Source: a virus. From it: DNA of 64,000 bases. The stretch lies in IMG/VR virus record IMGVR_UViG_3300021475_000001, positions 1 through 64,000 of that record, one strand, 5' to 3'. Made by a program: the position numbers and the translations under genes. Under the pieces are notes generated by a model. It did not search any database, was not told the origin of the DNA, and saw nothing but the letters and a program-made list of their open reading frames with translations. Shown one piece after another: positions 38,674 through 45,696 of the stretch (positions are counted from its first letter, which is position 1; each line of letters starts with the position of its first letter).

Positions 38674-39318
38674 CTAGAAACTCAGATTTCTGGTGGTGCG
38701 ACGGCACTTGTACTGCCCATTGGCATTGCCTCGGGCAGTGCAAGGTCGTAACTTTGCAGTGGGATTCTTAAATACGAGTCCTTCGATTGCCGTGTTGCCC
38801 GACATACCGTTGATTTCGTTGTACCAATCTTGGAAAAAACCATCGTGATTAGCAGCTAACCAAACACCGGGAAAAACGATAGTGTGCGTGTCCTCGTACA
38901 TGTTCAGTCCGCCAGCGCAGAGACGTGATAGACATTCGTAGCGATCAGCGTAAGTCTTGCCGATTAGGTACTCACCATCGTCAACCAGCAAATCGTGTAG
39001 ATAGATCGTGTCACGCACTCCAACACCTTTGGAATGCAACAACTCGCCGACAAACACGTACCAACCTTTTCCAGGCAGGTGTTGTTGAAACTCCTGCCAT
39101 CTATTGCCAGGTTGCCATTGCAACTCGTTATCGGGTCCGTGACGCCCCATCGCGAAACTTGGACCTTCGGTAATTGATGGCACATAGATCGTGCAACAAG
39201 TTCCGTTCATCTTTGCCTGAGCGACCCAACCTCGATCCTCGTAGAGTTTCAAGGTGTTGGGTGCCACGGCCGTTTCTGGCCGTGGCGGGTAGAGGTATTG
39301 GTAAGTTGGGTATTTCAT
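38674..39318 (-). CDS. Stand-alone ATP-dependent ligase-type nucleotidyltransferase domain (DNA or RNA ligase-like)
   Basis: Motif I 'AQAKMNG', III 'FVGEL', IIIa 'YLHDLL', IV 'EGLVFK', V 'YKCRR'; no OB domain follows. Confidence 0.75.
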   Translation of the reverse strand: MKYPTYQYLYPPRPETAVAPNTLKLYEDRGWVAQAKMNGTCCTIYVPSITEGPSFAMGRHGPDNELQWQPGNRWQEFQQHLPGKGWYVFVGELLHSKGVGVRDTIYLHDLLVDDGEYLIGKTYADRYECLSRLCAGGLNMYEDTHTIVFPGVWLAANHDGFFQDWYNEINGMSGNTAIEGLVFKNPTAKLRPCTARGNANGQYKCRRTTRNLSF

Positions 39319-40046
39319 GCCTTCAACGATGCCTTCAGCATCTTGCCAAGAGAAGCTTTCACATCCGGCAGCAACATGGGCTTGACGATATCCCAAGCTT
39401 TGGAAATATCGCTGAACACTGTGCCGAGTGTGACATTTGCGACGATGGGGAACACTTGTTCCGCTTCGTCAGCCTTCAACCGAAACACTGCATTGGTTGC
39501 GCCTTCAGACACCACAACTTTGGAAGTAGCAGCCTGGTGAATGATGAAATCCTCGGGAATGCCCTTGATGCCTGACAGTGCCTTGTCGATTTTCTTCAAC
39601 AATTCCTCGTCATTGGCATAGGCGGGATTGACTGCCAGCATCGCGGGATAACTGTCCAAAGTCTCGGCGAAACCTGGGACGCTGACAATGTTGTTGTCAT
39701 CGTCGCGCTCAACAGGCAGCACGGTTGCGAGAACTTCCAGTTCATCAGCCGACAGAGGGGAACGCTCGGAACGCTTGACGACAGTCGCGCGACCAGAGGC
39801 AAACGCGCCGTCTTCCACGTGCATTGTGTCGGGACGCGCGTGGCGCTCCAAACCCTTATCGATCAGACGCGTGGTTGCAAGCTCTTTCGCTTCTGCCTTG
39901 GTCAGATCAAGGAGTCCCTTGATCGCCTTGGCGCACGCGTCGAGTGCCGCGACCGCCTCCAAACCTGGGAGCGTTTCGGTGATCTTGGTCGGCTTACCCT
40001 TCGCGGGTGCGGCGACTGAGGCGATTTTTTTGGCATTTGCAAACAT
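39315..40046 (-). CDS. Early hypothetical protein
   Basis: RBS GAGGA; directly downstream of the promoter at 40074-40102. Confidence 0.65.
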   Translation of the reverse strand: MFANAKKIASVAAPAKGKPTKITETLPGLEAVAALDACAKAIKGLLDLTKAEAKELATTRLIDKGLERHARPDTMHVEDGAFASGRATVVKRSERSPLSADELEVLATVLPVERDDDNNIVSVPGFAETLDSYPAMLAVNPAYANDEELLKKIDKALSGIKGIPEDFIIHQAATSKVVVSEGATNAVFRLKADEAEQVFPIVANVTLGTVFSDISKAWDIVKPMLLPDVKASLGKMLKASLKA

Positions 40047-40073
40047 CGGATATTCCTCGTTTCGAACATGCTA

Positions 40074-40102
40074 TATATAAGGTCACTGACAGCATTTGTC
40101 AA
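40074..40102 (-). promoter_or_regulatory. sigma70-type early promoter with GTCACTGAC palindrome
   Basis: TTGACA-17-TATATA; palindrome at 40082-40090. Confidence 0.75.
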
Positions 40103-40181
40103 TGCCAAAATTGTGGAGGATATGAAAAAGTGCGATTTCTCGCACTTTTTCCAGACCTGATTAATCAGCATTATCAAAGAG

Positions 40182-40535
40182 TTATTGCAGTTGGCTCCGG
40201 TCGTGTATAAGACCCTCTGTTTTCGCTCTGTCTAACACGTTTTCGCAGTATTGCCGCGTATCGAAGAAAAAGAGGCTTGTTGAATTGCCAGTGGTGTATG
40301 TCCCTGTTACCATGACTCCTTTTACTTCGCGGCTTTCCTCGGGAAAGGTCTTCACGTCAGGAGGTCCCCTAAATTCCTTAGAAGAACGCATGTACTGGAT
40401 CATCTGATCGGGACTAACCTCGGCGTGACTACAGGTCGCTTTGCTGGCATCGATGGACCACCATGTACGCGCTTCGGCAACACCGCTGCCAAGAACGGAC
40501 ATTGCCAATGCCCCAGCGACAAGGATCGTTTTCAT
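40182..40535 (-). CDS. Exported protein with signal peptide
   Basis: 'MKTILVAGALAMSVLGSGVAEA'; RBS GAGGA. Confidence 0.65.
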   Translation of the reverse strand: MKTILVAGALAMSVLGSGVAEARTWWSIDASKATCSHAEVSPDQMIQYMRSSKEFRGPPDVKTFPEESREVKGVMVTGTYTTGNSTSLFFFDTRQYCENVLDRAKTEGLIHDRSQLQ

Positions 40536-40583
40536 CTGAATTTCCTCTGTTAAAAAGTCCAGTGGAACCACCCACCTGCGCTA

Positions 40584-40612
40584 TATATAGGTCATTGACA
40601 GTCATTTGTCAA
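40584..40612 (-). promoter_or_regulatory. sigma70-type early promoter with GTCATTGAC palindrome
   Basis: TTGACA-17-TATATA; palindrome at 40591-40599. Confidence 0.75.
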
Positions 40613-40621
40613 CACCAGAAT

Positions 40622-40648
40622 AAAAAAATAGCGCGGAAAACCGCGCTA
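40622..40648 (-). terminator. Intrinsic terminator
   Basis: TAGCGCGG-TTTT-CCGCGCTA followed by a T run on the minus strand. Confidence 0.75.
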
Positions 40649-40659
40649 AGTCCGCAAAA

Positions 40660-40818
40660 TTAGTCAATGTTATCAGGTTCGTAGTCTGGCTCCCAGCACT
40701 CCGCCTCGCCACAATCTTCGTCTTCCCAGTGTCGAGATTTGCAGAGCGGACAGCGCACAAAGGCACGTTCGCGGTCGCGAGGATCGGTGGTCTTCCAATC
40801 GTCATAAGTTCGGAACAT
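40660..40818 (-). CDS. Small acidic Cys-containing protein
   Basis: 'MFRTYDDWKTTDP..CPLC'; RBS AAGGA. Confidence 0.55.
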   Translation of the reverse strand: MFRTYDDWKTTDPRDRERAFVRCPLCKSRHWEDEDCGEAECWEPDYEPDNID

Positions 40819-40832
40819 GTTGATATCCTTAG

Positions 40833-40858
40833 AAAAAAGGGAGGGGCTTTCGCCCCTC
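40833..40858 (-). terminator. Intrinsic terminator
   Basis: GAGGGGC-GAAA-GCCCCTC followed by CCTTTTTT. Confidence 0.75.
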
Positions 40859-41482
40859 TTAATCGTCGGTGATATCGCCCCAGGGAAGTCCAAAGTGCTT
40901 TGCGCAGATCGGACCGTAACCCACTGAAGTTGAACGATCATCCGTCAGAGGATGCGAACAGAAGCAGCAAACGCCAGTCATATGCCCATAATCGGCAGCG
41001 GCTTTCGCGGGATCGCTCGCCAGCGCGACCAACGCGCTTGCGACGGCGGTTTGCGTCTCGGGGGCAAACTTACGAGAAGCTTGGAATTCACCACTCTCGG
41101 TTACACGACCGTACCATGGACGCTGCCCAGTGCTGTCCTTCTCAGAACCACACACGTTGATCGAACCCGGCACTTTTGCCATCTTGCCGGCGATGTTCAG
41201 CCGAAGATCGGTGTTCTCGGCGCGAACCAAGATCGCCGGAAACTTCAGATGCTTTTTCGCGTGGTTCAACAATTCCACGATTGCAGAGACGTTGCCGACT
41301 TGCGTCGTGGGTGCGGGGGCGACGGTGCCATTGGCACGGTTCGCTAACTCGTTGACCCAGTACCACTGTTTCGGGGACAAGCCCTTCTTGCCGTGTTGGG
41401 AAATCAGCGAAGCTGCAAAACCCTGGTCCTTATCCTTAAGGAGAGGAAGCGCGTCTACCAGGATGTTGATATTCTCGGTCAT
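40859..41482 (-). CDS. DUF6011-domain protein
   Basis: C-terminal 'YG..TG.CCFC..PLTD.RS..VGYGPICA'. Confidence 0.75.
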   Translation of the reverse strand: MTENINILVDALPLLKDKDQGFAASLISQHGKKGLSPKQWYWVNELANRANGTVAPAPTTQVGNVSAIVELLNHAKKHLKFPAILVRAENTDLRLNIAGKMAKVPGSINVCGSEKDSTGQRPWYGRVTESGEFQASRKFAPETQTAVASALVALASDPAKAAADYGHMTGVCCFCSHPLTDDRSTSVGYGPICAKHFGLPWGDITDD

Positions 41483-41522
41483 AATCTCGTCTTTCGCGTG
41501 GGTTTTCCGTTTCAACACGATA

Positions 41523-41649
41523 TATATGGTGTCAGTGAGATGGAATGCCAAGGCTGAAAATGGTGATTGTGCGAAAAACTTTTTTCCCCAAAATCTGAAA
41601 AAAATCCTTGCAAGTTTGTGGAAGCCGGATTATCTTACGTGTCGTTGAC
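41523..41649. promoter_or_regulatory. Divergent early promoters, each with a GTCA-N-TGAC-like site
   Basis: Minus: TTGGCA-17-CATATA (41551-41523), site GTCAGTGAG at 41531-41539. Plus: TTGCAA-17-TATCTT (41608-41636), site GTCGTTGAC at 41641-41649. Confidence 0.6.
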
Positions 41650-41711
41650 AGCGTATCATGCGTTGTTCGACATTTCTAGGAGAAAAGGACGTGGAAAATC
41701 AAGAGGTTCAG

Positions 41712-42293
41712 ATGAACGACATACAGCGTTCGATTTGCGAGAAGTTCAATCTCACGGTTCGCCAGAAGGGTGAAGAATTCACGGTCACTGATCGTGATCC
41801 GATCTTGGTCAAGCGTAAGGAGAAGCTGCCGCGTCACGTTGGCACCGATCTTAACGCGATGATCGCCAAAGCTCGCGCCGAGCAAGACGCGCGTAATGGG
41901 GTGGAGCCGGAGCCGCCGGTGGTTGATGTCGAGCCGGAGATTATCGAGGTTGTCGAGACTGCGCCGACTCCGACGCGTCGCGCCGCTCTCACTCCGGAGG
42001 AGATGACGGCGACCAGACAGACGTTGACAAACGTCATTCTGGACAACACCGGAATGAAGGTGCGCAAGCCTAAGATCGTGAAAGAGCGCAAGCATCGCGA
42101 CAATCGGCTGGCACGCGCGTTTCGCGCGATTATCGAGAACCCCGATAAAACTGTTGCACAACAGGCGGTTATCGCGGACGTGACCGAGGCGATGTTGGGG
42201 TATTATGAAATCCAGCTTCGTAGCGTTTATAAGATCATCTGCGAGAAGCACGGTGATGACGTGATCCCGCCGCTTCCGGCGCTGAACAAGTAA
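41712..42293 (+). CDS. Early hypothetical protein, possible C-terminal HTH
   Basis: RBS AAGAGG; 'NPDKTVAQQAVIADVTEAMLGYY' is HTH-like; followed by a terminator. GTG 41691 is an alternative start. Confidence 0.55.
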   Translation: MNDIQRSICEKFNLTVRQKGEEFTVTDRDPILVKRKEKLPRHVGTDLNAMIAKARAEQDARNGVEPEPPVVDVEPEIIEVVETAPTPTRRAALTPEEMTATRQTLTNVILDNTGMKVRKPKIVKERKHRDNRLARAFRAIIENPDKTVAQQAVIADVTEAMLGYYEIQLRSVYKIICEKHGDDVIPPLPALNK

Positions 42294-42312
42294 TAATAAC
42301 AATCACTTAGCG

Positions 42313-42348
42313 AGCGTCTCCAGTTAACTCTGGAGGCGCTTATTTTTT
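42313..42348 (+). terminator. Intrinsic terminator
   Basis: AGCGTCTCCAG/CTGGAGGCGCT stem followed by TATTTTTT. Confidence 0.75.
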
Positions 42349-42371
42349 GTGGAAATTCCAAAACTTTTCCC

Positions 42372-42400
42372 TTGTCATTGACAGCATGAAGGCTTATATA
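42372..42400 (+). promoter_or_regulatory. sigma70-type promoter overlapped by TGTCATTGACA palindrome
   Basis: TTGTCA-17-TATATA; palindrome at 42373-42383. Confidence 0.7.
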
Positions 42401-42428
42401 TGGTGCGTTGAAACGGAGGGTTACCACG

Positions 42429-42617
42429 ATGTTTGATTTTCCAGAAGATGTTGCGCGCATCGCGCGCGTGTTGAACATCACCGAGGAAGAGGCCGAAAAG
42501 TTCTGGTCTGATTACTCGGACTCGATGTTTGCTGGTTGGCTGTGTTTGCCGCATGAAGGTGCGGAAGGCGACGCTACCATACTGAAGATATTCCGGAGTA
42601 ACGCAGCTAAGACGTAG
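42429..42617 (+). CDS. Early hypothetical protein
   Basis: RBS GGAGGG. Confidence 0.55.
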   Translation: MFDFPEDVARIARVLNITEEEAEKFWSDYSDSMFAGWLCLPHEGAEGDATILKIFRSNAAKT

Positions 42618-42628
42618 GAGATAGGAAA

Positions 42629-42934
42629 ATGCTTAAGCTTATAACGATTGCTAGTGTCGCCATGCTGATCGCGACGCCTGCACTAGCCACAGACTGCCGG
42701 AATGCCAAGCCGGGAACTTGGTGTACCAGAGGAACAAACGACGCCCCGTTGACTGTCCGGCCGGTACAATCGACCATTTTCGTACCTCGACACCAGCCGC
42801 AATGTCACGAAGTAAATATAACCAACGATCTTATGGAACAGTGCCTGCAAAGCGGTACTGGCGGCAGCGGTTCCATGCCAACCATTCTCGATTGCCAAGT
42901 CTGGCCACCAGTTTTTGTCGAACGGTGCGACTAA
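42629..42934 (+). CDS. Exported Cys-rich protein
   Basis: Signal peptide 'MLKLITIASVAMLIATPALA'. Confidence 0.6.
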   Translation: MLKLITIASVAMLIATPALATDCRNAKPGTWCTRGTNDAPLTVRPVQSTIFVPRHQPQCHEVNITNDLMEQCLQSGTGGSGSMPTILDCQVWPPVFVERCD

Positions 42935-42964
42935 TTCCAAATGTGGCGCAAACAAAAAAACTTG

Positions 42965-43008
42965 TTGACACCCATCGTGGGAGCGCCTACATTCACAGTG
43001 TCATTGAG
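42965..43008 (+). promoter_or_regulatory. sigma70-type promoter for the DUF932 gene with operator-like site near +1
   Basis: TTGACA-17-TACATT (42965-42993); GTCATTGAG at 43000-43008. Confidence 0.65.
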
Positions 43009-43039
43009 ATGACGTTTTGGAACGAGGAGTTAAAAAGCA

Positions 43040-44032
43040 ATGTCACACGAAGTGGAAACGATGGCCTGGAATGCCGAGAAGCCTTGGCATGGTCTGGGTT
43101 TTGAAGTGTCAGACGATCTGACGGCTGACGAAATGCTGGTTGCTGCCGGTCTTGACTGGACTGTCAGTAAGCGTCCGGTGTACTTCCCCAAGAAGAACAC
43201 CGAGCAAGTCGAGCTTAAGCTTATCCCCAACAAGTTCGCGCTAACGCGCGACAGTGACGAGTCGATGCTCGATATCGTTGGTGATAACTACAAGCCGGTC
43301 CAGAATCAGGACGCGTTCACTTTCTTCAAGCGTTTTGTGGACGCTGGCGGCATGAAGATGGAAACCGCCGGTTCTCTCCGTGGGGGTCAGTTCGTTTGGG
43401 GTCTCGCAAAAATTCAGGAGTCGTTCTTTGTTGGCAACAACGAAGAGGACGAAATCAGGGGGTATCTGTTGCTGACGCAACCGCATCGCTTTGGTTTTTC
43501 CATGGTTGCCGCACTGACGCCTGTTCGCGTTGTGTGCATGAACACGATGCGCATGGCGTTGGGTGAAAGTCTCAAGGGCAAGAGCAACGCGGGCGTGTTT
43601 CGTATGCCGCACTCGCGCGCCTTTGATGACGAGGTGAAGTTAGCCGCTGAACAGGCACTCGGTCTTGCCAAGGTTGGCATGCAGCAGTTGCAGGAAGCTG
43701 CCGACGTGCTGTCGAATACCCGGATCAATCAAGACGAGTTGATCACCTACTTTCACAATGTCGCCAACACCGACATTGAAGAGGGTCAGGACGATCCGGA
43801 GAAGTTCACGCGTACCATCAAGACGCTGTTGGAAGCGATTGATATGGCACCGGGTCAGAACCTCAAGACGGCAGAAGGCACTGTGTGGGGCGCGTACAAT
43901 GCAGTGACTTACGTTGCCGATCACATTCTTGGACGTGACGAGAACCGTCTGGCGAATACCTGGCTCGGTTCCGGGGCAACGCTCAAGCGTCGCGCACTTG
44001 ACCTGGCGATGGACTTTGCCAACGCAGCGTAA
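43040..44032 (+). CDS. DUF932-family phage/plasmid protein
   Basis: 'PWHGLG','AGLDWTV','Y.PVQN..AF.FF','ETAGSL.GG..VW.LA','TPVRVVC.NT','GT.WGAYNAVT...DH'. Confidence 0.88.
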   Translation: MSHEVETMAWNAEKPWHGLGFEVSDDLTADEMLVAAGLDWTVSKRPVYFPKKNTEQVELKLIPNKFALTRDSDESMLDIVGDNYKPVQNQDAFTFFKRFVDAGGMKMETAGSLRGGQFVWGLAKIQESFFVGNNEEDEIRGYLLLTQPHRFGFSMVAALTPVRVVCMNTMRMALGESLKGKSNAGVFRMPHSRAFDDEVKLAAEQALGLAKVGMQQLQEAADVLSNTRINQDELITYFHNVANTDIEEGQDDPEKFTRTIKTLLEAIDMAPGQNLKTAEGTVWGAYNAVTYVADHILGRDENRLANTWLGSGATLKRRALDLAMDFANAA

Positions 44033-44050
44033 AACCTGTATACTCTCAAA

Positions 44051-44084
44051 GAGAGGTGGGGGCAACCTCGCCTCTCTTTTTTTT
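44051..44084 (+). terminator. Intrinsic terminator between the DUF932 gene and the Tas-like gene
   Basis: GAGAGGTGGGG-GCAA-CCTCGCCTCTC followed by T8. Confidence 0.75.
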
Positions 44085-44097
44085 GGAGAACTTAGTG

Positions 44098-45075
44098 ATG
44101 ACTGATGATTACGATGAACCAGAAGACAGTTGGGAAGGTGATCCCAAGGACGTGTGGGTAGAGTTTTTGGAACCTGTCAAGCGCATGTCGCGTGATATGA
44201 AACTTGCGGCAGCGACACTTGGTGATAGGGAAGCACGGCATCTGGTAGACTCTTACTACATCATGCAGGAAGATCGCAAGCGTGCCGCTGGGCAGCAACG
44301 CGCACTCACCAGTTCGGGTGAACCTCACTCGGTGATAAACTGGATTTACAACCAGTCAAGCACGTTGGAAAATCAGATCAAGTCGGCACTGGACGTGTAC
44401 TCCGAAAGTCACGTTATGGGTAGCTGGATGCGACAAATAACCGGCATTGGTCCCGTTCTTAGCGCCGGACTTCTCGCGCATATCTATATGGGTGAGTGGT
44501 GCAGTGTCTGTCATGCGCACGATGCTGAGAAGTGTGTGAAGTTGCAGGAGAAGGACAAAAACAAAACCATCGAAAAGCATGATTTTATCCCAGAGTATTC
44601 TTGTCCGACAGTTGGTCACATTTGGTCATTTGCTGGGTGGGCTTCTGACGGTCAAAAGGCGTGGGAGAAGGGTGAGAAACGACCTTTCAATGCCAAGTTC
44701 AGGGTGCTGTGTTGGAAAGCTGGTCAATCGTTTCTCAAACTCAGCAACAATCCAAAGTGCTTTTACGGTGTTGAATATCGCAAGCGCAAAGAGTACGAGA
44801 TTGCGCGTAACGAACGTGGGGACTTAGCAGCGCAAGCTGCTCTTGGTGCTGCACGTGTTGACAAGTACACCGATGCGTACAAGTACTACATTCAAGGCAA
44901 GTTGCCTCCTGCCCATATCGACGCGCGTGCAAGACGCTGGGCTGTGAAGCTGTTTCTGGCACACTTGCATGGTGAATGGTACGAGCGTAACACCGGTAAA
45001 CCTGCACCTGCTCCATATCCAATCTCGCACTTAGGACACGTGCATGTCATTCCGTCACCAGTGAAGAAGGGTTGA
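44098..45075 (+). CDS. TasA-like RNA-guided DNA-binding protein (IS110/Nop-related domain; no RuvC or HNH nuclease)
   Basis: Coiled-coil N-terminus 'ARHLVDSYYIMQEDRKR..LENQIK'; HhH 'ITGIGPVLSAGLLAHI'; 'TVGHIWSFAG','KRPFNAKFR.LCWK.G.SF','HIDARARRWAVKLFLAHL'. No DEDD RuvC domain. Adjacent dual-repeat array. Confidence 0.8.
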   Translation: MTDDYDEPEDSWEGDPKDVWVEFLEPVKRMSRDMKLAAATLGDREARHLVDSYYIMQEDRKRAAGQQRALTSSGEPHSVINWIYNQSSTLENQIKSALDVYSESHVMGSWMRQITGIGPVLSAGLLAHIYMGEWCSVCHAHDAEKCVKLQEKDKNKTIEKHDFIPEYSCPTVGHIWSFAGWASDGQKAWEKGEKRPFNAKFRVLCWKAGQSFLKLSNNPKCFYGVEYRKRKEYEIARNERGDLAAQAALGAARVDKYTDAYKYYIQGKLPPAHIDARARRWAVKLFLAHLHGEWYERNTGKPAPAPYPISHLGHVHVIPSPVKKG

Positions 45076-45078
45076 TTG

Positions 45079-45171
45079 ATGGGTGGCCTATACTTTGTAT
45101 TCGGAATGATGGTTGGAGGTGGCGGCATATATTTGCTGCTTCACCATTTGCAGCTAATCGTTCCCTTCTAA
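45079..45171 (+). CDS. 30-aa hydrophobic peptide between the Tas-like gene and the array (not in the ORF track)
   Basis: MGGLYFVFGMMVGGGGIYLLLHHLQLIVPF; purine-rich AAGAAGGG upstream; stop abuts the array. Confidence 0.45.
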   Translation: MGGLYFVFGMMVGGGGIYLLLHHLQLIVPF

Positions 45172-45284
45172 GAATAATCACCAGAGTTGAGAGGACCAAA
45201 CAGAGCGAATGAGTCATCTTGCGAGAGAGTGCCAAAAGGAAAGAACGAGTCAAGTTCCAACGAGAGTACCAGGAAGTGAGAACG
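45172..45284 (+). ncRNA. TIGR-like array (three ~36-nt dual-spacer guide units)
   Basis: Repeat 1 GAAyGAGTCA at 45172 (degenerate), 45207, 45243 and 45280 (partial). Repeat 2 GAGAGkrCCA at 45189, 45225 and 45262. Spacers: CCAGAGTT/AACAGAGC, TCTTGCGA/AAAGGAAA, AGTTCCAAC/GGAAGTGA. Confidence 0.8.
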
Positions 45285-45320
45285 TGAAAGCCCCCTAACG
45301 GGGGCTTTCACTTTTGTGTT
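45284..45320 (+). terminator. Intrinsic terminator closing the array
   Basis: 12-bp perfect stem GTGAAAGCCCCC-TAAC-GGGGGCTTTCAC followed by TTTTGTGTT. Confidence 0.85.
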
Positions 45321-45393
45321 ACCTCGATAGAGACTTGACTGTGTGAGTCACTCATGTGACACTCACCTACACAGTGACTAGAGAGAGGTTGTC

Positions 45394-45609
45394 ATGATTG
45401 CTGCATTCTCTGAGCCAGCCAGAATGGACCCCAATTGCGAGCTACGTATTGGTATCGCGTCGTGGGACGACGGCACTGGTACCGAAAAGTCAGCCAAGTA
45501 CACTTGGTTCGATAAGAATGGTAAAGCCTGTCGCGGCGGTGAACTTCCAATCGCTGCACTACCGCAGATGTTAGAGTTCGCCATCCGCACCGGCTATCTG
45601 ATTTTGTGA
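45394..45609 (+). CDS. Hypothetical protein
   Basis: RBS GAGAGG; candidate promoter TTGACT-17-GACACT at 45335-45363. Confidence 0.55.
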   Translation: MIAAFSEPARMDPNCELRIGIASWDDGTGTEKSAKYTWFDKNGKACRGGELPIAALPQMLEFAIRTGYLIL

Positions 45610-45611
45610 GA

Positions 45612-45688
45612 TGGGGTGATCGGAGGGAATCGAACCCTCGAATAACCGGATCACAACCGGTCGCGTTTACCACTTCGCCACGATCACC
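45612..45688 (-). tRNA. tRNA-His(GUG) with G-1:C73 pair and encoded CCA
   Basis: GGTGATCG...ACCGG-TTGTGAT-CCGGT...GAGGG-TTCGATT-CCCTC-CGATCACC-CCA folds as a cloverleaf. Confidence 0.93.
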
Positions 45689-45696
45689 AAAGTCTC

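Noticed and set aside
41676-42302. 208-aa minus-strand ORF, and similar long antisense ORFs (9491-10120, 39688-40080, 48565-49359)
   Set aside because: Shadows of well-supported genes on the opposite strand, with no RBS or motifs.
44098-45075. Active IS110 insertion sequence
   Set aside because: No N-terminal DEDD RuvC domain, no catalytic SG motif and no element ends; the adjacent non-coding DNA is a short periodic array.
45172-45284. CRISPR array
   Set aside because: Repeats are 10 nt, of two alternating types, with 8-9-nt spacers; no cas genes are present.
45612-45688. Prophage attachment site at the tRNA
   Set aside because: No integrase, no duplicated tRNA 3' end, and phage genes on both sides.
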